Positions 17,518-25,875 of a DNA stretch of 39,517 nt are shown in pieces. The translations under genes and the position numbers were made by a program. The stretch covers positions 1 to 39,517 of the forward strand of contig JAEEML010000133.1 of the NCBI GenBank assembly GCA_016283195.1. The letters are read 5' to 3'. The notes under the pieces are model-generated. The model was not told the DNA's origin. It ran no database searches and worked only from the letters and a program-made list of their open reading frames with translations. The stretch is from Deltaproteobacteria bacterium. Lineage in GTDB: Bacteria > JAEEML01. The first letter of the stretch is position 1; each line of letters begins with the position of its first letter.

Positions 17518-18876
17518 ATGACCAGCGAAAATAAAACAAAAACTCTGCGCGACAGACCGGCCATGCGCTGGCTGGCTCTCGTCATTGTGGCGGCCACCAT
17601 GATGTTTGGTTACTTTTTTACCGATATCATGTCCCCGCTCGAAGAGCTCTTAACCGCCCCCAAAGGCGGCGCGGAAGGCCTGGGCCTCGGCTGGAGCAGC
17701 GATGATTACGGCTTTTTCTCCGGCTCTTACAGCTTTTTTAATGTCTTTCTTTTGATGCTCTTTTTCGGCGGCATCATTTTAGACAAATTCGGCATTAGGA
17801 TTACCGGTATCATCAGCACGGTGCTCATGTTTTTGGGCGCTATTATTAAGTGGTATGCCGTTAGTAACACCTTTGAGGGCACCATGTTTGGCTACCAGAT
17901 GCAGGTAATTGTTGCCTGCCTCGGCTTTGCCACTTACGGTGTGGGCTGCGAAATTGCCGGCATCACCATCAGCAAAGTTATTGTCAAATGGTTCACCGGT
18001 TATGAACTGGCTCTGGCTATGGGTATTCAGGTGGCTCTTGCCCGTCTCGGTACCGCCGCGGCTTTTGGCCTCGCTCTGCCCTTTGCTAAAGCTTTCGGCG
18101 GGGTGAGCGCCAGTGTGGCTCTCGGGGCGGCTCTCCTGTGCGCCGGTGTTATTGCCTTTATCGGCTACTGCTTTATGGATAAAAAACTGGATGCCCAGGC
18201 GGCCGCGGCCAGTAGCGAAAAAGAGGAGGGCTTCAAATTTGCCGATCTCAAAAAGCTCTTTACTTGCAAGGGCTTTTGGCTCATTACCTTGCTTTGCCTC
18301 ATGTTCTATGCCGGCGTTTTCCCCTTCTTGAAATTTGCCACCAAGCTGATGATCACCAAATACGGCGTGGCCGAAAATATTGCCGGCCTTATTCCCGCCA
18401 TGCTGCCCTTTGGCACCATCATTTTGACACCGCTCTTTGGCGCTCTTTACGACAAGAAGGGGAAAGGAGCCACTTTGATGCTCATCGGCTCCATTTTAAT
18501 GACTCTCGTCCATGTGGTCTTTGCTTTGCCCAATCTGGGTTCCTGGGTGCTGGCTGTAGTTGTTATTTTGGTCCTCGGTGTGGCTTTTGGTCTGGTGCCC
18601 TCGGCCATGTGGCCCTCTGTGCCCAAAGTTATTCCCATGCAGCTTTTGGGCACCGCTTATGCCCTCATCTTTTATATCCAGAATATCGGCCTCGCGCTGG
18701 TGCCTATTTTGATTGGCAAAGTCAATGGCGCGAGTACGGAAAACGGTGTCACCAACTATACGCCCAGCATGGCTATTTTTGCCGCTTTTGGTATATGTGC
18801 CATCATCATCGCCTTCTTGCTCAAAGTGGAAGACAAAAAAGCCCATTACGGCCTGGAAGAGCCCAATAAAAAGTAA
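17518..18876 (+). CDS. MFS transporter (MFSD1-like, Bacteroidota-type)
   Basis: About 12 hydrophobic segments. MFS motif A-like GGIILDKFGIR and FGALYDKKGK, plus VKWFTGYELALAMG and AMWPSVPK. Confidence 0.9.
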   Translation: MTSENKTKTLRDRPAMRWLALVIVAATMMFGYFFTDIMSPLEELLTAPKGGAEGLGLGWSSDDYGFFSGSYSFFNVFLLMLFFGGIILDKFGIRITGIISTVLMFLGAIIKWYAVSNTFEGTMFGYQMQVIVACLGFATYGVGCEIAGITISKVIVKWFTGYELALAMGIQVALARLGTAAAFGLALPFAKAFGGVSASVALGAALLCAGVIAFIGYCFMDKKLDAQAAAASSEKEEGFKFADLKKLFTCKGFWLITLLCLMFYAGVFPFLKFATKLMITKYGVAENIAGLIPAMLPFGTIILTPLFGALYDKKGKGATLMLIGSILMTLVHVVFALPNLGSWVLAVVVILVLGVAFGLVPSAMWPSVPKVIPMQLLGTAYALIFYIQNIGLALVPILIGKVNGASTENGVTNYTPSMAIFAAFGICAIIIAFLLKVEDKKAHYGLEEPNKK

Positions 18877-18945
18877 GCACCATTGCTTACCCAGCCGCTA
18901 AAACGACGATAGCAAACAGGGGCGCAAGATTTTACGCCACTGCTG

Positions 18946-18974
18946 TTGAAAATAGAGGAAAATTTCACTATACT
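18946..18974 (+). promoter_or_regulatory. Candidate sigma70 promoter of the SpmA/B-like gene
   Basis: TTGAAA (18946-18951)-N17-TATACT (18969-18974). Confidence 0.6.
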
Positions 18975-19066
18975 CCCGCACCCGGTCGCTTAGGGCGCCC
19001 ACCCTCGCCATTTGGATGATGAAGAGGGTAAATTGGCCAGAATTAGCCATATATGCTCAGAAAATT

Positions 19067-19104
19067 CCCCCTCGCTGCATGGGAGAGGGGGTTAGGGGGT
19101 GAGG
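19067..19104. repeat. REP-like palindromic element
   Basis: CCCCCTCGC-TGCATG-GGAGAGGGGG hairpin followed by TTAGGGGGTGAGG. Same architecture as the units at 27355-27504. Confidence 0.65.
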
Positions 19105-19110
19105 TCAGCT

Positions 19111-20415
19111 ATGCTTAATTATATTTGGTTTGGGCTACTGGCTATCTCTCTTTTGGCCGGGGCCTTTCATGGCAATATGGCTGCTGTCAGCACGGCCTCT
19201 TTTGAGGCGGCCAAGGGGGCCGTCACTCTGGCCCTCGGCCTTGTTGGCGTTATGGCTCTTTGGTTGGGCGTTATGCGCGTGGCTCAGGATGGCGGGCTCA
19301 TGCAGCGCCTGGCCCGGCTCATCCGCCCGCTAATGGTCCGCCTCTTCCCCGATGTGCCCAGCGAGCACCCGGCCATGGCGGCCATGATTATGAATATCAC
19401 CGCCAATATGCTGGGGCTCGGCAATGCCGCCACCCCCTTTGGCATCAAAGCCATGAAGGAGCTCGATACTTTAAACCCGCGCAAGGGGGTGGCCACCGAC
19501 GCCATGGCCCTCTTTTTGGCTATCAATACTTCGAGTGTCACCATTTTGCCGCTGGGCGTCATCGGCATCCGCGCCGCCGCCGGCTCCAAAGATCCGGCTA
19601 TTATTACCGTCACCACCATTTTTGCCACCATCTGTTCAACTATTGTAGCTATTACGCTGGCTAAGCTCTTTAGCCGCTTACCCGCTTATTCTCTCGAAAA
19701 ATTTCCCGGTGAGCCGGCGGTGGCCGCTGAGCCCAAAAATGAAGCCGCGCCGGAAGTAATGGAGCTTGGAGAAGCGCCCACTGCCGTTAAGTGGCGCAAG
19801 TGGCTGGTCTTGGCCTTAATACTGACTTTTTTAGGCGCCATGGGCTATCAAATCCACCTCATGGCCGCCACGATGACTCCCTTTGCCATTTTGTCGGCTC
19901 TCGCTTCTGGTTGGCTTATCCCGGCTATTTTGGTGGGCCTTATTGCTTATGGCTTTGTCTATGGGGTCAAAGTCTATGACAGCCTGGTAAAAGGGGCCAA
20001 AGAGGGCTTTGAAATTGCTATAAAAATCATCCCTTTTTTGGTGGCTATTATGGTGGCTGTAGCCATGTTCCGGGCAAGCGGCGCTCTGGCCGATTTACAG
20101 GCTTTTCTGGCGCCGGTGTTAGACCCCTTGGGCTTGCCGGCCGAGGCACTCGCTATGGCTATTGTGCGCCCACTTTCGGGGAGCGGCGCCATGGGCATCA
20201 TGACCGAAACCATCAATACCATGGGGCCGGATACTTATGTGGGCCAGCTGGTCTCCACTCTTAACGGCTGCACCGAAACCACCCTTTATGTCATGGCGGT
20301 CTATTTTGGGGCCGTGGGCATCACCAAAGTGCGCCATAGCTTATGGGCGGCGCTTTTAGCCGATTTAACCGGCGTCATTGCCTCGGTATTTATTTGCCGC
20401 ATATTCTTTCTGTAG
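19111..20415 (+). CDS. Nucleoside recognition (Gate) domain membrane protein, SpmA-SpmB fusion
   Basis: MLNYIW start, RLFPDVP..HPA, ANMLGLGNAATPFGIKAMKEL, GAKEGF, RPLSGSGA and TETTLYVMAVYFG. Start moved from the track's 19099 to ATG 19111, which has GAGGT 5 nt upstream. Confidence 0.9.
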   Translation: MLNYIWFGLLAISLLAGAFHGNMAAVSTASFEAAKGAVTLALGLVGVMALWLGVMRVAQDGGLMQRLARLIRPLMVRLFPDVPSEHPAMAAMIMNITANMLGLGNAATPFGIKAMKELDTLNPRKGVATDAMALFLAINTSSVTILPLGVIGIRAAAGSKDPAIITVTTIFATICSTIVAITLAKLFSRLPAYSLEKFPGEPAVAAEPKNEAAPEVMELGEAPTAVKWRKWLVLALILTFLGAMGYQIHLMAATMTPFAILSALASGWLIPAILVGLIAYGFVYGVKVYDSLVKGAKEGFEIAIKIIPFLVAIMVAVAMFRASGALADLQAFLAPVLDPLGLPAEALAMAIVRPLSGSGAMGIMTETINTMGPDTYVGQLVSTLNGCTETTLYVMAVYFGAVGITKVRHSLWAALLADLTGVIASVFICRIFFL

Positions 20416-20437
20416 GAGTTGATAGTGGCTAAAATTT

Positions 20438-20527
20438 CCCTCACCCTGACAGGCAGTGAAAATTATGCCAACGCGCTCTTCTTTATTTGTCATGCCCTCA
20501 CCCCGACCGGTGGTGAGGGATGAAAAT
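20438..20527. repeat. Degenerate copy of the CCCTCACCCC...GGTGAGGG element
   Basis: 20438-20492 aligns ungapped to 27317-27371 at 41/55 identities by hand count. Nested hairpin CCCTCACC...GGTGAGGG at 20495-20519. GGTGAGGGATGAAAAT at 20512-20527 is identical to 27496-27511. Confidence 0.7.
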
Positions 20528-20538
20528 AGGAGCTGATA

Positions 20539-21486
20539 ATGGTTAAAAGTTTTATGATGGTTATAGTTAATAAGTGCGCTTTAGGGCTAATCTTTGTCTT
20601 ATTTGCGCTTTCGGCTTGCTCGCCAAGTAAAGCTCCGCAGGATAGCCGCCTCAAAATAGCCGTAGCTATTGCCCCTGAGGCCTGGCTGGCCGAGCAAATA
20701 GGCGGAAATGAAGTAATAGTCACCACTTTGGTGGAGCCTGGTGTTTCGCCGGAGACTTTTGACCAATCGCCAAAAAATATGGCCGCCATTGCCGCCGCCG
20801 ACCTCTTTTTTGTCAGCGGTTTTACCTTTGAACACCGCCTGATTGACAAAATGGCCAAAAATAGTGCGACGCGCTTTATCGAACCCAGCGCTACCTTGCC
20901 GCTGCGCCATTTTGACGCCGCTGAAGCGCACCACCACCATGATGGCAGCGACCATAAAGAGGCTAAAGATGACGATTTAGATCCCCATTTTTGGTTCTCA
21001 ATAAAGCACATGACTCACCATGCCAAGGTGATGACCGAGGCTATGATAGCGGCCCGCCCGCAGCAAAAAGCCAATTTTTCAGCTAACTTACAAAAAGTTT
21101 TAAAAGAACTTGAGCTTTTGCAACAAGAAGCCACCGGCCTCCTTGCCCCGTATAAGGGGCGGGCCTTTTTGGTCTTTCATCCCACTTATGGCTATTTGGC
21201 CGAAGAATTTGGGCTCACCCAGGTGGCTATTGAAGCCGAGGGCAAAGAGCCGGCGCCCAAGCAACTGGCAGCCATAACAGAAGAAGCCAAAGAGCACAAA
21301 ATCAGCACCATTATTGTGCAACCGCAATTTCCCTTTAGTGCTGCCAGCGCGGTGGCCGAGGCCATTGGCGGCCAGGTGATAGTGGTGGATTCGCTCTCAG
21401 CCGATTATCCGGCTATGTTTCGCCGCCTGACAGAGACTCTCTCTGTCTCTTTTAAAGACACTTCCGAGCAGGCCGCCAATGAGTAA
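20539..21486 (+). CDS. znuA: Zn/Mn ABC transporter substrate-binding lipoprotein
   Basis: Lipobox LSAC, PGVSPETF, His-rich loop AHHHHDGSDH, DPHFW, VFHPTYGY and EGKEP. Confidence 0.88.
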   Translation: MVKSFMMVIVNKCALGLIFVLFALSACSPSKAPQDSRLKIAVAIAPEAWLAEQIGGNEVIVTTLVEPGVSPETFDQSPKNMAAIAAADLFFVSGFTFEHRLIDKMAKNSATRFIEPSATLPLRHFDAAEAHHHHDGSDHKEAKDDDLDPHFWFSIKHMTHHAKVMTEAMIAARPQQKANFSANLQKVLKELELLQQEATGLLAPYKGRAFLVFHPTYGYLAEEFGLTQVAIEAEGKEPAPKQLAAITEEAKEHKISTIIVQPQFPFSAASAVAEAIGGQVIVVDSLSADYPAMFRRLTETLSVSFKDTSEQAANE

Positions 21487-22243
21487 TATCCCGGCTATTT
21501 GTATAAAAGATCTGGCCTTTTCCTACGAGGACGGCCGCGCTATTTTGCAAGAAGTGAATTTAGATATTCTCCCCGGCACTTTTACCGCCATGGTGGGGCC
21601 CAACGGCGGCGGCAAAACAACGCTGCTCCGCCTTATCTTGGGTCAGCTTACGCCGGCTAAGGGCTCTATCAGCATCTTTGGCCGCTCTCCGCGCGCCGCC
21701 CGGGAAAAAATCGGCTATGTGCCACAGCAACTGCGCTATGATCAGCTTTTTCCCATTACGGTGAGCGAGGTAGTCTTAATGGGCACTTTAACAGCCAAAA
21801 CATCCTGGGGCTTTCGCTATAGCACGGCCCAAAAAGAGGCGGCCAGAAGGGCGCTTAACGAAGTTGGCCTTACCCACTGGTCCGAGCCCTTTAAGGCGCT
21901 TTCCGGCGGCCAAAGGCAAAGGGTGCTGATTGCCCGCGCGCTGGTGGGGCGGCCGGAGCTTTTGCTTTTAGATGAGCCGACTGCCAATCTCGATGCGGCG
22001 GTAAGTGCAGAATTTTACGAGCTTTTATCAAGGCTTAACCAGGAAATGACTATTCTCCTTGTCTCCCACGATATGGAGTATGTCTCGCAAAATGTGAATA
22101 ATGTGGTTTGTGTCAATCACACTGTTGATGTCCACCCCACCAGCGCGCTGGAATTTGTGCAAAGCGGCCATCTTATGGCCGGCGGCCTGAAGAGAGTGCG
22201 CCACGATATTTCCGCGCCCGCTCCGGAGCATCATCATGATTGA
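21479..22243 (+). CDS. znuC: Zn/Mn ABC transporter ATP-binding protein
   Basis: Walker A GPNGGGKTT, IGYVPQ, LSGGQRQR, LLLDEP and VSHD. His-rich C-terminus. Confidence 0.9.
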   Translation: MSNIPAICIKDLAFSYEDGRAILQEVNLDILPGTFTAMVGPNGGGKTTLLRLILGQLTPAKGSISIFGRSPRAAREKIGYVPQQLRYDQLFPITVSEVVLMGTLTAKTSWGFRYSTAQKEAARRALNEVGLTHWSEPFKALSGGQRQRVLIARALVGRPELLLLDEPTANLDAAVSAEFYELLSRLNQEMTILLVSHDMEYVSQNVNNVVCVNHTVDVHPTSALEFVQSGHLMAGGLKRVRHDISAPAPEHHHD

Positions 22244-23066
22244 ATTTATTAGTGCGCTTATGGAGCATAGCTTTTTGCAAATGGCCCTTCTGGCCGCTGT
22301 GCTCACGGCTATTCCCTGCGGCATAGTCGGCAGTTATGTGGTGACTAAGCGCATCACCTATGTGGCCGGCGGCATTGCCCATTGCGTCTTGGGCGGCATC
22401 GGTCTTGCCCATTATTTAAACCATGTCCACGGCCTTAGCTGGATGAGTCCCATGTTGGGCGCTCTTCTGGCCGCACTTTTAGCCGCTCTTATTATCGGCC
22501 TGGTCACCACCCGCCAAAATGAGCGCGAGGACACCATCATCGGCGCCCTCTGGGCCATCGGCATGGCCGGCGGCCTCTTCTTTATGGCCATGACCCCCGG
22601 CTATAATGCCAGCCTGGTGAGCTATCTCTTTGGCAATATTCTTTTGGTAACTCAGCAGGATATTTATCTAATCATAGCTTTGGATATAGCCATAGCCATC
22701 CTGATCCTGCTCTTTTATCGCCACCTCCTGGCCGTGAGTTTTGACCAGGAATATGCTGCTCTGCGCGGCCTTTCGGTGAAGCGCTTTACCTTTATTTTGC
22801 TCTTTATGGTGGCCATCACCGTGGTGCTGCTCGTGAGCGTGGTGGGCATTGTTTTGGTAATAGCTTTACTCACTTTGCCGCCGGCCATTGCCGCCCGTTT
22901 TTCTAAAAATCTGGGCCAGATGATGGCCATTTCCACGCTGGTTTGTCTCTTTTGTTCTGCCGGCGGCCTGGCTATAAGTTACAGCCCCAATTTGCCGGTA
23001 GGGGCCACTATTGTGCTTTTGGCTGGTGGGCTTTATCTGCTTAGCACTTTGCTCAGAAAGAAATAG
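22236..23066 (+). CDS. znuB: Zn/Mn ABC transporter permease (ABC-3)
   Basis: GIVGSYVV, GIAHCVLGG, SYLFGNIL, SFDQEYA and VGIVLVIALLTLP. Coupled to the ATPase gene. Confidence 0.9.
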   Translation: MIEFISALMEHSFLQMALLAAVLTAIPCGIVGSYVVTKRITYVAGGIAHCVLGGIGLAHYLNHVHGLSWMSPMLGALLAALLAALIIGLVTTRQNEREDTIIGALWAIGMAGGLFFMAMTPGYNASLVSYLFGNILLVTQQDIYLIIALDIAIAILILLFYRHLLAVSFDQEYAALRGLSVKRFTFILLFMVAITVVLLVSVVGIVLVIALLTLPPAIAARFSKNLGQMMAISTLVCLFCSAGGLAISYSPNLPVGATIVLLAGGLYLLSTLLRKK

Positions 23067-23111
23067 TCGCCTTTTGTGAATAAAATCATATTAATACAGC
23101 TTGCATCGACG

Positions 23112-23324
23112 TTAAGCGCTTAGAATGCTATGCTCTTTACCATAAGCTACGGCTGCCTGATGAAACTCGTCTGACGTAATATTAGCAAAATATTGTTGTC
23201 GCCATTTGGTATAATCGGATTTTTCTTTGATAATAATGGATATAAAACGTTCAGCTTCTACGGTTCCCAGCCTTTCAATAAGATATTTCATACCGGTATC
23301 CATCAGCTCAATAGTGCTAGTCAT
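23112..23324 (-). CDS. Small protein, putative antitoxin partner of the upstream PIN toxin
   Basis: 70 aa with G..YLIERLGTVEAERFI...DYTKWR, a pattern typical of small ORFs next to PIN genes. Overlaps the PIN stop by 8 bp. Confidence 0.65.
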   Translation of the reverse strand: MTSTIELMDTGMKYLIERLGTVEAERFISIIIKEKSDYTKWRQQYFANITSDEFHQAAVAYGKEHSILSA

Positions 23325-23763
23325 TGAAGGCCTCCAATTTATAAATAAAACTTAGTGGATTTATTAGTGCTATTCTGTCTGTACGATATTTTAACAATCT
23401 GTTGTCGGTTGTTAAAAAATATGAAGCGCCACCTATAATAGCACCAGCTACATGGTGAGCATCAGCTGCTTTTATTCCGGTTAAGGTAATTTCATCAGCC
23501 AGTACTTTAACTTCAGCGCTTTTTTCAATATCGACATAAATGGTGCTATTTTCCTTTATAAAAGTTAGTATGGAATTTCGCCTTATTTCATAAGGATTGC
23601 GACTGTTTTCGTATAATAAAACATAGGAAGTAACCAGTTTAAAGCGCTTGTCTCGAATAAGAGCCTGAATATGTAATTTTGCTTGTGCCTCCAGAGATAC
23701 TCTAAGCTGAGACTGATCATCGTAAGGGCGATTATAGCAGCAATTATCGAGATATATCAGCAT
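23317..23763 (-). CDS. vapC: PIN-domain (VapC-like) protein
   Basis: IYLDNCCYNRPYDDQ, LLYENS, AADAHHVAGA and FLTTD. Start placed at ATG 23763 rather than 23817. Confidence 0.85.
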   Translation of the reverse strand: MLIYLDNCCYNRPYDDQSQLRVSLEAQAKLHIQALIRDKRFKLVTSYVLLYENSRNPYEIRRNSILTFIKENSTIYVDIEKSAEVKVLADEITLTGIKAADAHHVAGAIIGGASYFLTTDNRLLKYRTDRIALINPLSFIYKLEAFND

Positions 23764-23886
23764 ATTGAAACCGCGCTTCCTATTGTGTGCCGACATATTA
23801 CAAAAGAAATGCCGCAATTTTTAGTATAGCGCTCTAAATAATCGAAAGCGAGCAAAAACATTGTATTTGTCTGCGGATTATGGGGC

Positions 23887-24843
23887 TTAGCGGATGGAAA
23901 CGTTGATATTTTCCACTTTGCCGTGGCGGGTGATTTCCACCCCTAAGTTGGAAGTCTCTTTGAGTTTTTGGTAAAGCTCCAGCGCCTTATCCGGGCTATT
24001 CATCTCATAGCCGTTGACTTTTTGGATAATATCGCCGTTTTTGAGGCCCAGTTTGCTAAAAATGCTGCCCGGGCGGATAGAGAAAATCTTAAAGCCGTTG
24101 GATTTGCCGTTTTTGAAGTTGGGCACCAGGCGAGCCTGGCTGGCCACTTGCGAAAGGTTATTCATCACCTTGTCCACTTCGCCTTTTTCCACCACATAAT
24201 TAAATTCATCAACTTTTTGCACCGAGGTGCCGATTTCTTCAGAAGCCGGCTCAGCAGCGGCTGTTGTAGTAGCTGCCGGTTTGGGAGTTTTGGGCTTTTT
24301 GCTATACTCTTTGCCCAGCTCGCATAGCTCATATTCGCTATCGCTATTCAGCACCACAATGGCTTTCTGGCGAATATCCATAACGGTATATCCGTCGTCT
24401 ATTTTGGCCGCATCGCCGCCTATGCCAAATACTTTGGGCTCACCTTTTTTGCCCGGTGAGTAAATAACCATAGACCAGGCAGGGTCATTGGCGGCAATAG
24501 TGGCTACAAGCTCACCGCCAAGTGAGCATTCGTGCATACTTTCATCAGGCGGCAGCTCGCCGTCAGCCAGTTGCGCTTTGGCTTCAATAGCCGCTTTATC
24601 TTCTTTTACTTCCTCTTTGGGCTCCAAAATTTCCTTTTTGGCATCCAGCAAATTGCGCTCACTAATGATTTCCAGAGGGCGGGGCTCATTTTTAGCTGTG
24701 GTAAGCGTTTGCGGGCGGCTGGCTGCCGCCGGCTCAATAGAGGGCTCCACGGCATCGGCAATCACGCTACTCGCGCTCTTAGCGGCAAAGAAAGAACAGA
24801 GACTAACAAAAACCAAATTTATGGCCCAAAGGTAACTAAGCAT
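23887..24843 (-). CDS. gspC: Type II secretion system protein GspC (PDZ-containing, deltaproteobacterial/myxobacterial type)
   Basis: N-terminal TM segment, ERNLLD and LVATI. C-terminal PDZ: ARLVPNFKNGKSNGFKIFSIRPGSIFSKLGLKNGDIIQKVNGYEMNSPDKALE. Confidence 0.85.
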   Translation of the reverse strand: MLSYLWAINLVFVSLCSFFAAKSASSVIADAVEPSIEPAAASRPQTLTTAKNEPRPLEIISERNLLDAKKEILEPKEEVKEDKAAIEAKAQLADGELPPDESMHECSLGGELVATIAANDPAWSMVIYSPGKKGEPKVFGIGGDAAKIDDGYTVMDIRQKAIVVLNSDSEYELCELGKEYSKKPKTPKPAATTTAAAEPASEEIGTSVQKVDEFNYVVEKGEVDKVMNNLSQVASQARLVPNFKNGKSNGFKIFSIRPGSIFSKLGLKNGDIIQKVNGYEMNSPDKALELYQKLKETSNLGVEITRHGKVENINVSIR

Positions 24844-24875
24844 TTTCCCTCCTCCAGAGGAGAAACCAACGGCAT

Positions 24876-24905
24876 ATTATAGGGCAAAAGAGCAGGTGGC
24901 TGCAA
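24876..24905 (-). promoter_or_regulatory. Candidate sigma70 promoter of gspC
   Basis: Minus strand TTGCAG-N18-TATAAT (perfect -10 at 24876-24881). GGAGGAGG RBS before ATG 24843. Confidence 0.55.
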
Positions 24906-24937
24906 GAAAATTTGCTGTTTTTGCAGCAGGCGCTTGG

Positions 24938-25354
24938 CTATATGTTTTTCCAATTCTCTATTATAATGTTAGGAAGTCGTTTAAGGTGCTTCACATTATC
25001 GGTTACCATCACGAGGTTGTTTTTAATTGCTGTTGAACCAATTAGAATGTCAAAATCATCAATTCGCTCGCCGGTAAGCTCAAGGCTTGTTTTTATGTCT
25101 CCAAATAGTTCAAGAGCCGGAAAAATCGGGAGTACATCAAAGTTATTAGTAATAAACTCAATATCTTTTGCGCGTGCAGACTTGTTGTTGCTTTTGGAGG
25201 CTCCATAATATAGCTCTGCTATGGTTATTTCAGAAACATAGCAATTTCTTGGATCAACTTCGATAATTCTCTCGCGGATGCCATATTTGTTTTTGAGTAA
25301 CGAAATGCAGATATTTGTATCAAGCAAAAAGCCGCGTTCCTGTTTCCGTCTCAT
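24938..25354 (-). CDS. vapC: VapC-family PIN-domain toxin
   Basis: FLLDTNICI, SEITIAELYYG, DDFDILIGSTA and VMVTDNVKH. Confidence 0.92.
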   Translation of the reverse strand: MRRKQERGFLLDTNICISLLKNKYGIRERIIEVDPRNCYVSEITIAELYYGASKSNNKSARAKDIEFITNNFDVLPIFPALELFGDIKTSLELTGERIDDFDILIGSTAIKNNLVMVTDNVKHLKRLPNIIIENWKNI

Positions 25355-25357
25355 AAA

Positions 25358-25612
25358 TCAGAAGTCCTCTAAAATACGTGAATTTCCCTGTACCCTTGCC
25401 GCACGGATTGCCGCTGTCTCTTCCTCGGGGGAGATATCGTCACACCAAGAGTTGCTTAGACCATCAAAAAAAGACATATTCTTTTTTGTTTGCTTTGATT
25501 TCTCCAAAATAGAGGCCGAAAGCTTATTTATTAAGGTGATTTTTATACTATTTTCAAGAGGCATGAGCATTTGTGCATACCAATTTGCCGTTTCTCTGGT
25601 TATTGCATTCAT
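25358..25612 (-). CDS. Putative antitoxin upstream of vapC
   Basis: 84 aa ending 3 bp before vapC. Acidic C-terminal W-x-DD...EE...IR..R segment, typical of small proteins preceding PIN toxins. Confidence 0.7.
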   Translation of the reverse strand: MNAITRETANWYAQMLMPLENSIKITLINKLSASILEKSKQTKKNMSFFDGLSNSWCDDISPEEETAAIRAARVQGNSRILEDF

Positions 25613-25633
25613 TTTTCACCCCGGAAACTTTCC

Positions 25634-25673
25634 TCGTTTAGATATCATAAACAAACGATAATGGGCTTATCAA
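25634..25673 (-). promoter_or_regulatory. Candidate TA promoter with overlapping inverted-repeat operator
   Basis: Minus strand TTGATA-N18-TATGAT. TCGTTT (25634-25639) and AAACGA (25653-25658) form an inverted repeat around the -10 box. Confidence 0.5.
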
Positions 25674-25875
25674 GATGCCAAAGCCTAATATCTATACTAG
25701 CATAACTAGTCTACGTTAGCCAGTTCTTATTTACTGGCCATATCTCATCTCGCAAAATATTTCTGAAGTCCGGTATGAGTGAAGTTAGCTTCGCCCTTGG
25801 CGGTAATCCCCAAAAAGAGCGGGCAAGGTGTAAGATGGTTTATGTGGTGATTTTAATGAGAGGAGAGGTTAGAAC

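Noticed and set aside
18264-18869. 201-aa alternative-frame ORF, and the many other short overlapping ORFs in the track (e.g. 12983-13456, 20490-21011)
   Set aside because: They lie within well-supported genes and show no motifs or RBS, as expected for shadow ORFs.
20416-20538. Zur/Fur box or metal riboswitch upstream of znuA
   Set aside because: No convincing AT-rich palindrome is visible, and the structure present is explained by the dispersed repeat.
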